Of a DNA stretch of 64,000 nt, positions 38,640 to 46,202 are shown in pieces. The position numbers were made by a program, and so were the translations under genes. The number at the start of each line of letters is the position of its first letter. Within the stretch, counting starts at the first letter, position 1. Origin of the DNA: Candidatus Zixiibacteriota bacterium (GTDB lineage Bacteria; Zixibacteria; MSB-5A5; WJJR01; JAJRUJ01); NCBI GenBank assembly GCA_020051695.1, contig JAGVQM010000019.1, positions 15,221 to 79,220 on the forward strand. The letters run 5' to 3'. The notes beneath the pieces are model-generated. The model was not told the origin of the DNA, ran no database searches, and was given only the letters and a program-made list of their open reading frames with translations.

Positions 38640-39383
38640 CTAGTTAATCAATTGCAACCAATCACTCATGAGATAATCCATGCGGCCGATCAACAGCGAT
38701 AACCGGCTCATGACCGTATACCCGAATGATGCGCCGAACGTGAGCATCAGTGTCCAGATCCCGATTTTGGCCACCCCGCCGAATGCGCCTTTATGTTCCT
38801 TGGAAAAATAAAAATAGATCAGTCCGGAGAGCGTCCCGATGACCAATATTGCCTGAGAAATGGTCGCCCACAAGTCGAGATTCCCGGCGGCATCGTAACG
38901 CTGCAGCGGGCCAGCAGAGGCCCCCAGCTGGAGGATGCCGTTGGAAACAAAGTAATTGATAAAATACAACCCCGCCGTCGCGCCGACCACCACCGCCAGC
39001 GGCCAGCGGGAGATCCACCCCGCTTTGGGAAACAACCGCATCAGCATCAGGACGCCCAGAAGCCCGCCGATCAGCATCATCCACCGGTCATCCCATCCGC
39101 CGCCCTGCACGAACGTCGTGTGATAGGCCGCGCCGACCCCGACGAAGAGCTTGGAATACATATTCTGCCAGAATAATGAGACAAACCAATAGCCGGCGGA
39201 AATTCCCACAAATGCGGCTTCGGAAAACTTGTAATACGGGTTGTCTTTATACAAGAAGGAAAAGATACCGATGGTAAAAAACGCACCCAGGGTCACCGCA
39301 AGGCCCTGGGATGCGGCCAGGATCGCAAAAACGGCGATTCCGACGGCGATAACGATATAGCCGACTACTTTGGTGTTCATCAT
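38640..39383 (-). CDS. Cassette subunit A, copy 3
   Basis: 247 aa with SFLYKDNPYYKF, YFSKEHKGA and FGYTVMSRLSLL. ATGA overlap with the B3 stop. Confidence 0.85.
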   Translation of the reverse strand: MMNTKVVGYIVIAVGIAVFAILAASQGLAVTLGAFFTIGIFSFLYKDNPYYKFSEAAFVGISAGYWFVSLFWQNMYSKLFVGVGAAYHTTFVQGGGWDDRWMMLIGGLLGVLMLMRLFPKAGWISRWPLAVVVGATAGLYFINYFVSNGILQLGASAGPLQRYDAAGNLDLWATISQAILVIGTLSGLIYFYFSKEHKGAFGGVAKIGIWTLMLTFGASFGYTVMSRLSLLIGRMDYLMSDWLQLIN

Positions 39384-40237
39384 GTTTGCTTCCGCCGGCC
39401 ACCGGCAAAGTAGGCCACATTACCCACGATGATGAAGAGGATCACGATGATGTGGGCAAATGACTGGGATAACATGAATTTCGTGGCCTTGCCCAGGGTA
39501 CCGGCCAACTCTTCAAATTCCGAAGCGCCCTTGAGGCCGCCCAGAATCCCCCGGAGCTGCCCGCTTTCAAAATAGGGATACGCCAGCGGGGCCTGTACTG
39601 CTGTCGTCCCCCCCAATAATTGTACCCCGAAACGATCAACGCCGAATTGCACCCACTCCACAATACCCGGATATCCGGCGGAGACATTGATCACAAAGTC
39701 GATATTGTTAAAATTCTGCATTCCCTGCATCAGCGGTAACTCGGCGATTGGCGTGCCCCGGAAATCGCGCGGGAATGCCGCGGGAATCGACGAACCCATC
39801 CGCTGGATCACCAATTCATTGCCGGCCTGGAAACCGAGGTTGACCCAGTCGCGGCCATAGGTCAGCGTCTTGCCCTTCCAGATAATCGTTTCTCCGGGCA
39901 CCTCGCCCAGTACGGACTCCAAGGCGGCATTGGCCTGCTGCGGTCCCTGCGGCCACAGTCCCATGATGATCATCTTCAAGTCATGATCGAGGCAATACCG
40001 GATCGCCGTTATCGCCATCGGCTGCAATTCCGGCGCCGAGGGAGGGTCATAATCACAGGGAATGAGCACGCGGGCGCCCGGCTGCAGTCGCGCCAGTTCG
40101 TCAAAACCACGACGCACTTCGTAAGAAATCGTGGTCTTTTGGGAGATATTCAAAAATAACGGCAGGGTGACCGCAACGATGACGAACAGGAAAATAATCC
40201 GCCGGTCGATCTTCATCAATTTGTCCCAAAAACCCAT
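39380..40237 (-). CDS. Cassette subunit B, copy 3
   Basis: Start placed at ATG 40237 (MGFWDKLMKIDRRIIFLF), matching B1 and B2. The tracked 348 aa ORF adds 63 non-homologous residues that overlap C3. DYDPPSAPELQPM and GGLKGASEFE. Confidence 0.85.
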   Translation of the reverse strand: MGFWDKLMKIDRRIIFLFVIVAVTLPLFLNISQKTTISYEVRRGFDELARLQPGARVLIPCDYDPPSAPELQPMAITAIRYCLDHDLKMIIMGLWPQGPQQANAALESVLGEVPGETIIWKGKTLTYGRDWVNLGFQAGNELVIQRMGSSIPAAFPRDFRGTPIAELPLMQGMQNFNNIDFVINVSAGYPGIVEWVQFGVDRFGVQLLGGTTAVQAPLAYPYFESGQLRGILGGLKGASEFEELAGTLGKATKFMLSQSFAHIIVILFIIVGNVAYFAGGRRKQT

Positions 40238-40254
40238 GCCGTTCCTGCCTGTCA

Positions 40255-40917
40255 TCAATCGCCGCTGACAAATGTCCGTTCGATCCCCAGAATAATCCGC
40301 AATGATGTCGACATGATCCCCAGCGCGATGCCGATCATGATCGCCCGCTGCCCGGCGGTGTTGGGGATGTTCATCACCCAATCGGCCCAGTTGGACAACC
40401 ACAGCCAGTGGGGCAACTGCAACCATTCTTTGGTGATCATATCACCGACCGGCACCCGCCCCAGCATCACAAAAAATGCAGCCAACAGCAGCATCGTCGC
40501 TTCCTTGTTGCGGGCGCGGAAGGCCCGATAGGAAGCCGAGGCCACGAAAAAACCGAGAAGGGCAAACATCGTGGAGGACAGCGGATCATAGACATTATCA
40601 TAAATGAACATGAACCGCGTACCGGGCTCCTGAAAATTCGCTCCTCTGGAGAAAAAGATGCCGACGATAAATATTGCGGCAAAACCGATAATCGTCACCA
40701 GTGAATACATCCAGTCTTTCTTGCGCCGGGCAACCTTGAGCAACGACAATTTCATCAAGTTCAGCGCACCCAGCCAGATGGCAAAGGCCTGAATGATCCC
40801 AAACCAGTCGGAAAACCAGTCGGAAAACCGGGAAACCGGTTCGTGCGGCACGAAATATTGGAAGATGTACATGATCCCCACCACCGCAGTGATGATCAAT
40901 GGAACTTCACGCTTCAT
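40255..40917 (-). CDS. Cassette subunit C, copy 3
   Basis: 220 aa. MKREVPLII, FFVASASYRAFRARNKEAT and GQRAIMIGIALGIMSTSLRIILGIERTF. Confidence 0.85.
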   Translation of the reverse strand: MKREVPLIITAVVGIMYIFQYFVPHEPVSRFSDWFSDWFGIIQAFAIWLGALNLMKLSLLKVARRKKDWMYSLVTIIGFAAIFIVGIFFSRGANFQEPGTRFMFIYDNVYDPLSSTMFALLGFFVASASYRAFRARNKEATMLLLAAFFVMLGRVPVGDMITKEWLQLPHWLWLSNWADWVMNIPNTAGQRAIMIGIALGIMSTSLRIILGIERTFVSGD

Positions 40918-40950
40918 CTTCGCTCAAACCCTTCCCGTCTCCCCACGACG

Positions 40951-42195
40951 CTACACCTGGAACCACCCGGAAATATCCGCAATCTTAAATGTTCCCAGGA
41001 GCAAACCTGCGACAGCCGCGATCAAGATCAGTACTTTGGCCACGTCCTGACCCTTGACGCTGCCCAGTAATTTCGGTTCTTTCGACAGATAGGCCGAGGC
41101 GGCAAAAAGCTCTTCGCCAATTAATGTATAGTCGCAGGCCGCCACAAAAAACGGCAATTGAGAGGCATTCGCGGTGCCCGCGATCTGAATCGCACCGATC
41201 GCATTGCCGGTTTCGGCCATAATTAACGACTCGGCGTAAAACGCGCCCATATAGAAAATCGTCGCCGGTTTCTCGCGGACAAACAAGCCGTCCAGCGCAG
41301 CGGCATAACCGAACTGGTCATCGGTAAGATAACGCACGATGTCTTCGTTGAACGCATCCGGCCGGCCGACGTTCAAATAGGCCTCCTTCACCACCTCGCG
41401 GGAGGTGATCATCACCAGTGAACGCGAAACCGGAACATCCAATTGCGCATCGTACTCCGCGGCCAGTTTGGCGATCCGCCCCAGGATGGTCACCCCAGCC
41501 AGGGTCTGGACATTATCCATATCCTGTGTCCCGGGGATATACACCAGCTTGCGGCCCATTTCGGTGGCGCGCCCGACCGCCTGTTCGACTTCCGCCAGAC
41601 CGGCGATAGGCCGGACGTACAAATCCTTGCCCTTCTTGGCCACATTGATAAACCACAAAATCGAAATTCCGATTACCAGCACCCAGGGCAAAATCCGTGC
41701 GGTGCGAATGATATGAAACCACTGGCCGGAGGCTTTCGCGGCCCCGGAGAGCGGCGAAGCCACGCCGGCAAACAGTTTTTCCCCGGCCGGAGTGAACTTG
41801 CCGGCCAGGGCGGCCACCTTATAGTAATAATTTACCCCGTTGTCGACCTGGCCGTCGGTGAGCGTGGTCATTCCGGCGGTCGCGGAACCAACGGTATCAA
41901 ACGGCCCGTCGGGCGAAGTCGAACGCAAGATAATATACTTGGTGACATTTCTGCGGCCGGCAACATCATCGGCGGACAGTTCCCAACTGATAGTAATCGA
42001 TTTCCCGGCGTCATCAGGGGTATCCTGGGCTTCGACCGAGACAACCGGCGCCGGGGCTTCGAGTTGGGGCGGAGTTTCAGCCACAACGACCGTGGTCGAG
42101 TCGACGGGAGCATCCTGTGCCCAGGCAGGCGATGCCGCGCCACATACAGGAAAGACCAGCAGGAACAGGGAGATGGACAACGCTTTTTTCATCAT
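40951..42195 (-). CDS. Cassette subunit D, copy 3
   Basis: Start placed at ATG 42195 (MMKKALSISLFLLVFPVCGAASPAWA signal peptide). The tracked GTG at 42225 lies inside a terminator hairpin. ITISWELSADDVAGRRNVTKYIILR, GRATEMGRKLVY, AESLIMAETG and LPFFVAACDYTLIGEELFAASAYL. Confidence 0.85.
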   Translation of the reverse strand: MMKKALSISLFLLVFPVCGAASPAWAQDAPVDSTTVVVAETPPQLEAPAPVVSVEAQDTPDDAGKSITISWELSADDVAGRRNVTKYIILRSTSPDGPFDTVGSATAGMTTLTDGQVDNGVNYYYKVAALAGKFTPAGEKLFAGVASPLSGAAKASGQWFHIIRTARILPWVLVIGISILWFINVAKKGKDLYVRPIAGLAEVEQAVGRATEMGRKLVYIPGTQDMDNVQTLAGVTILGRIAKLAAEYDAQLDVPVSRSLVMITSREVVKEAYLNVGRPDAFNEDIVRYLTDDQFGYAAALDGLFVREKPATIFYMGAFYAESLIMAETGNAIGAIQIAGTANASQLPFFVAACDYTLIGEELFAASAYLSKEPKLLGSVKGQDVAKVLILIAAVAGLLLGTFKIADISGWFQV

Positions 42196-42210
42196 CAGCA
42201 GTTCCTGCAC

Positions 42211-42241
42211 AAAAAAAATCCCCACCTGCTTTGAGGTGAGG
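42211..42241 (-). terminator. Intrinsic-terminator hairpin inside the 5' leader of the tandem cassette operon (candidate attenuator)
   Basis: Minus strand reads CCTCACCT-caaagc-AGGTGGGG (8 bp stem with one G.U), then A and T8, ending 15 nt before ATG 42195. No minus-strand gene ends immediately upstream of it. Confidence 0.65.
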
Positions 42242-42352
42242 TCCTATTCATCGACGAGACTGGGTTCCCGGACAATGACTTGTTCTGCGTTTCCCGTCTC
42301 TCATAACCGTCACTATTATCCCATCCCCATCCCGCACACTCACAAGTGATAG

Positions 42353-42382
42353 AATATACCCCCCGCATATACCGCCTGTCAA
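42353..42382 (-). promoter_or_regulatory. Candidate sigma70-type promoter of the tandem cassette operon
   Basis: Minus strand reads TTGACA (42382-42377), 18 nt spacer, TATATT (42358-42353). This predicts a leader of roughly 150 nt. Confidence 0.5.
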
Positions 42383-42515
42383 GGCAATTATTCCCCGGAG
42401 AACCAATCAACGGCGGCTCTGCTGGCCGCTGATCAGTGCGGTGCATTTATCGAAAAACCTGTTGACATCCGGCCCCGTGCCCGCTTGCTCTAGGGGAAAG
42501 GATAGAGCGCAACTG

Positions 42516-43184
42516 ATGGCCGCGACACAAAAAATCGACGTCTACGAACAAGCCCTGGAGCTGGTCCGGCAACTTCATGCGGTGAACAAATATGAGGTGG
42601 ATGAGGAGGTGGCCGAGTGGCTGGCCAGCGAATCGGAAATCAACGCTGATTCCCCCAGCGGGCAATTCAACAGGATCATCGGCAGAATTTACGAGGGCAT
42701 GTTCAACGGCATTCAATCCATGCGGGAAATCGGGCCGGAATTGCTGTGGGGCCGCGCGCAGGACAAAGTCCGGGGCGAATCATATCATGCGCCGGACACT
42801 GCACAAAAGGAAAAAATACCGATCATCCACTGGCGGCTGCTGCGATTGTACTGGATGGTCCGGCTGGCCGCCGAGGAGTTGATCGAGCAAAAACCCCGCA
42901 CCCGGCTGGGCAAAGTCTTAATCGAAGTCGAGCACGACCTGCGCGAGGCGTTTGTCGAAACAAAAGAAGGCGTCAAGCTCCCGCTGGCCATGCGCCGCAA
43001 GAAACAGTGGGACCTGCTGGCCGATTTCGGCATGGGGCTGACGGTCGACCAGATTTACGATCTGCGCCCGCCGCGCTATGTCATCCACTGGAACACCGGC
43101 GAAAAGTTGTGGCTGGGAATAATCGTCGGAATCGTGATCGGTTTCGTGCTGGGGGTAATGCTGCTGTGGCCGTCGGGGCAGTAG
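42516..43184 (+). CDS. Hypothetical protein with a single C-terminal TM (tail-anchored topology)
   Basis: Start placed at ATG 42516, with AAAGGA upstream. The body is soluble and helical-looking, and the C-terminus is LWLGIIVGIVIGFVLGVMLLW. Divergent from the cassette operon. No family recognised. Confidence 0.5.
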   Translation: MAATQKIDVYEQALELVRQLHAVNKYEVDEEVAEWLASESEINADSPSGQFNRIIGRIYEGMFNGIQSMREIGPELLWGRAQDKVRGESYHAPDTAQKEKIPIIHWRLLRLYWMVRLAAEELIEQKPRTRLGKVLIEVEHDLREAFVETKEGVKLPLAMRRKKQWDLLADFGMGLTVDQIYDLRPPRYVIHWNTGEKLWLGIIVGIVIGFVLGVMLLWPSGQ

Positions 43185-43198
43185 CGCTTGCGCTGCTC

Positions 43199-46105
43199 CT
43201 ATAATTCTCCGTTGGCGTCGGTTTTAATGATGCTGAAATCAGCAGATGTGGCACCATGAGCGGTCATCCACCCGCTGATGATCAGACCACCATCGGGAGC
43301 TTCAATGACACCGGTGGCCCCATCACTTTCGGAATCACCGATGGTCCGTTCCCACAGGATCGTCGCAGTCGGACTTATTTTTGCCACGTACATATCGCTT
43401 TTGCCTGCGCCAAACGATTTAGTAGAACCAACAACAACAAAATTGCCATCCGAAACCGCAATGATCTTTGAAATCGCATCATCATTGCCGCCACCCAGAT
43501 AGAGTTCGTTGCGTTTATTGCCCAACGAATCAATCCATATTACATAACCATCTTTCATTCCGAAATACGATGCCTGGGTCCATCCGGCAATTACGTAATC
43601 ATCGATTCCATATTGAATCAGCGATTCGCCACTGTCATTGTAATAGTAGGCCCCCTGACCGTAATCTCTGCCCCACAAGTTTTTACCCTGCGCATCAGTC
43701 TTGGTAACAAACAAACCGACGCCAGCTATCATCAACCCGGTATCATGACACTGAATCACCGCATTGCCGCCATAGCCCGAATATTGCCTTTTCCAGGTTT
43801 CCTGTCCGATGGCATCAGTTTTGAACAAGAATGCTGCGGGGTTGCCTCCGACGGAGCCAGACAGAACATACCCACCGTCTGATGTTGCTGCGACAGATCG
43901 GCTGCCAGCCACCACCGTGGCACCGTCAACATAATGAAGGCGTTCCCAACCAATTGAACCGAAATCATCGATTCTGGCGATTACAACTCTGGTATCCCAT
44001 ACTAATCCCCCGCGTTCCCCCGATTCTCCGGCCGCGATATATCCACCATCCCATGCCGGGATTATTGAAAAGAGGTAATCGTCATAATCCGGTCCATGGC
44101 CAAAAACCCGTTCCCATGCCACTGTACCATCGGCGTTGACTTTAGTCGCGTAAAAATCAGAAGTCGACTGCGGTGAATAACTTGGACTCCAATAGGCAAC
44201 GCCATTTGGAATTGTGCCGACCGCCACCGCGCCACCCTCAGGGGTTAAAGTAATTGAGCGTGCTGCTTTCCTGCCAGTGCCTCCGATAATAGTATACCAA
44301 GTATTGGATAACGTTGTTGTTTTCGCCTCTGCCACATTGGAAAGTCCAGACCAATTTCCCGAAGTATCCGCCGTCTTCAGCGCTAAAAAATAATTCAATC
44401 CTGGAGTTAATCCGATTATCTCAAATGATTCCGCTTCGTGTACAGGTTTCGCAGGCCGTAATCCTTCTGCCGGAATCCCCTCACTCCATGTATCATCTGT
44501 AATCGGTGACGTTGCATAGCGCATGTCGTATTGAGCTGCCTGCCCCAAAAGACTATCGTCACCCGACGCGTTCCAAATCAAGGTCACCGAATTATGGCTG
44601 ACGGTTTGCGGGTACAGGTTCGTTATTGCTGCCGGAGGGATTGTGTCTGTTCCAGGTCGGGCGATTCCCAGCACATCATTCGAGAGAGGGGACCAATTCT
44701 GGACCTCATCCGCAGTTTTTATGGCAAAATGATAGGCGGTGTTTTTCGTCAAACCCGTTACCATGAGTGTTTCCGGGGAACCACTTGATAGAGGCAACGT
44801 AACACCGGGATAGGAATATAGTGCTCTGAAATTAGTTTCATTAATTACTGAAGTCGAGTATCGAAGATCGTATAAACTAGCCGTTCCCACATCGCCATCA
44901 TCTCCCGGCGCCGTCCAACTCAAGGTCAGCGATGTCAATGATGAATCGATAATCCGCAAATCAATGATTGCCCCCGGCGGCGTCCGGTCGATGCTCGCTG
45001 TCCGCGCCGCCAGTACGTTGGACATCGTCGACCAGTTCAGCATTTCGTCGCCGGTTTTCAGGGCAATATAATATTCAGTTTCACTCTGCAAACCGGAAAT
45101 CCTGATTGTGTCACCAGTTCCGGCGAACGATGGTTTCGGCAGATTTGGCGCGATTTGTGCATCGGGAAAATTCACTTCGTTCATCAGCCGGGGAGAATAA
45201 CGAATATCATAAAACGACGCTCGTCCCAGCGTGTCGTCATCACCCGGCGCCGTCCAGATCAACAAAAGAGAAGTGCTCGTCGTATCCAGAACTCTCAGAT
45301 CAGCAATCGGTCCCGGAGGCGTGGTATCGGCCGCCGTGGCGCCGATGATGACATTAGACATTGCCGACCAGTTCGGGACTTCATCGGCGGTTTTAATTGC
45401 AAAACAATAATTTTCGTTCGTGTCCAGGTCATAGAAAGTATACTGCTGCGTGCTGTCCGCCAGCCAGGGTGTCGGTGGATCGGCAACCTGTTTCGCATGA
45501 ATAAAATATTCGTCGGTAATCAGCGTGGTCGGTGAATAACGGATATCATATGCTGCGGCAGTCCCCGCCGAGCCGTCATCGCCGGGCACGGTCCAGCTTA
45601 ATTCAATGAAGGTATATCCGGCGTCAGTCACCCGCAAATCGGCAATTGCTGCCGGGGGGACAGTATCCAGGACAGCTTCTGTCGTGCCGGTGGCGATATT
45701 GGAGATCGCCGACCAGTTGGGCACTTCATCAGCCGCCTTGATCCCAAAATAATATGTTGTGTCCGGCAACAGCCCGAGGACCAGCATCGTCTCCGGCGTC
45801 CCCGCTTCCTGCGGGATCGGCAGACTGAACGGCTGCAGCGCCGAATCCCAGGTGGAATCGGTCAGGACGATGGAATGAAATCGGATATCATATTGGGCCG
45901 CCGTGCCGTTGGCGTCATCATCCCCGGGCGCGGTCCAGGTCAGCACCAGCGAACTGTCAGTGGGATTGATCGCCGCAAGATCGGTAATTTGTGCCGGGGG
46001 TGTGCTGTCGGGAATACCGGTGCCCTTGTCGGTTTTTTCCACGCCGCAGGACAAGACAAGCACGACGATCAAACCGGCGCCAATCAACGACTTTCGCAGT
46101 CGCAT
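43199..46105 (-). CDS. Large lipoprotein: five FN3-like repeats followed by beta-propeller-like repeats
   Basis: Start at ATG 46105 (MRLRKSLIGAGLIVVLVLSCG, lipobox LVLS|C). Five repeats of about 113 aa each contain W(T/N)APGDD..G.A..YD(I/L/M)RY and ..KTADEV.NWS. The C-terminal half has recurring DGGY(I/V)..G and W(E/K)R motifs. Confidence 0.8.
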   Translation of the reverse strand: MRLRKSLIGAGLIVVLVLSCGVEKTDKGTGIPDSTPPAQITDLAAINPTDSSLVLTWTAPGDDDANGTAAQYDIRFHSIVLTDSTWDSALQPFSLPIPQEAGTPETMLVLGLLPDTTYYFGIKAADEVPNWSAISNIATGTTEAVLDTVPPAAIADLRVTDAGYTFIELSWTVPGDDGSAGTAAAYDIRYSPTTLITDEYFIHAKQVADPPTPWLADSTQQYTFYDLDTNENYCFAIKTADEVPNWSAMSNVIIGATAADTTPPGPIADLRVLDTTSTSLLLIWTAPGDDDTLGRASFYDIRYSPRLMNEVNFPDAQIAPNLPKPSFAGTGDTIRISGLQSETEYYIALKTGDEMLNWSTMSNVLAARTASIDRTPPGAIIDLRIIDSSLTSLTLSWTAPGDDGDVGTASLYDLRYSTSVINETNFRALYSYPGVTLPLSSGSPETLMVTGLTKNTAYHFAIKTADEVQNWSPLSNDVLGIARPGTDTIPPAAITNLYPQTVSHNSVTLIWNASGDDSLLGQAAQYDMRYATSPITDDTWSEGIPAEGLRPAKPVHEAESFEIIGLTPGLNYFLALKTADTSGNWSGLSNVAEAKTTTLSNTWYTIIGGTGRKAARSITLTPEGGAVAVGTIPNGVAYWSPSYSPQSTSDFYATKVNADGTVAWERVFGHGPDYDDYLFSIIPAWDGGYIAAGESGERGGLVWDTRVVIARIDDFGSIGWERLHYVDGATVVAGSRSVAATSDGGYVLSGSVGGNPAAFLFKTDAIGQETWKRQYSGYGGNAVIQCHDTGLMIAGVGLFVTKTDAQGKNLWGRDYGQGAYYYNDSGESLIQYGIDDYVIAGWTQASYFGMKDGYVIWIDSLGNKRNELYLGGGNDDAISKIIAVSDGNFVVVGSTKSFGAGKSDMYVAKISPTATILWERTIGDSESDGATGVIEAPDGGLIISGWMTAHGATSADFSIIKTDANGEL
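44321..46000 (-). repeat. Five tandem, diverged FN3-like coding repeats (~340 nt period) within the lipoprotein gene
   Basis: Repeat units begin at ORF residues ~47, 160, 274, 387 and 500 (each TPP/VPP/IPP...I.DL). They are diverged at the DNA level. Confidence 0.75.
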
Positions 46106-46202
46106 CCCCACCTCCCGCCGAGCGCAAGTGTCCGGCATTACTACGATTCACTAGTAATAATACTACATGAATCGGGGGTGTCAACAAAAATCCAGGCGCC
46201 GA

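Noticed and set aside
40238-40426. N-terminal 63 codons of the tracked 348 aa ORF (39380-40426).
   Set aside because: This extension overlaps the 3' end of subunit C3 and has no counterpart in B1 or B2. The internal ATG at 40237 gives an N-terminus (MGFWDKLMKIDRR) homologous to the paralogs. The same logic was applied to the extra N-terminal codons of the ORFs at 36553-37383, 40951-42225, 28896-30131, 30144-30809, 30818-31525 and 31476-33488.
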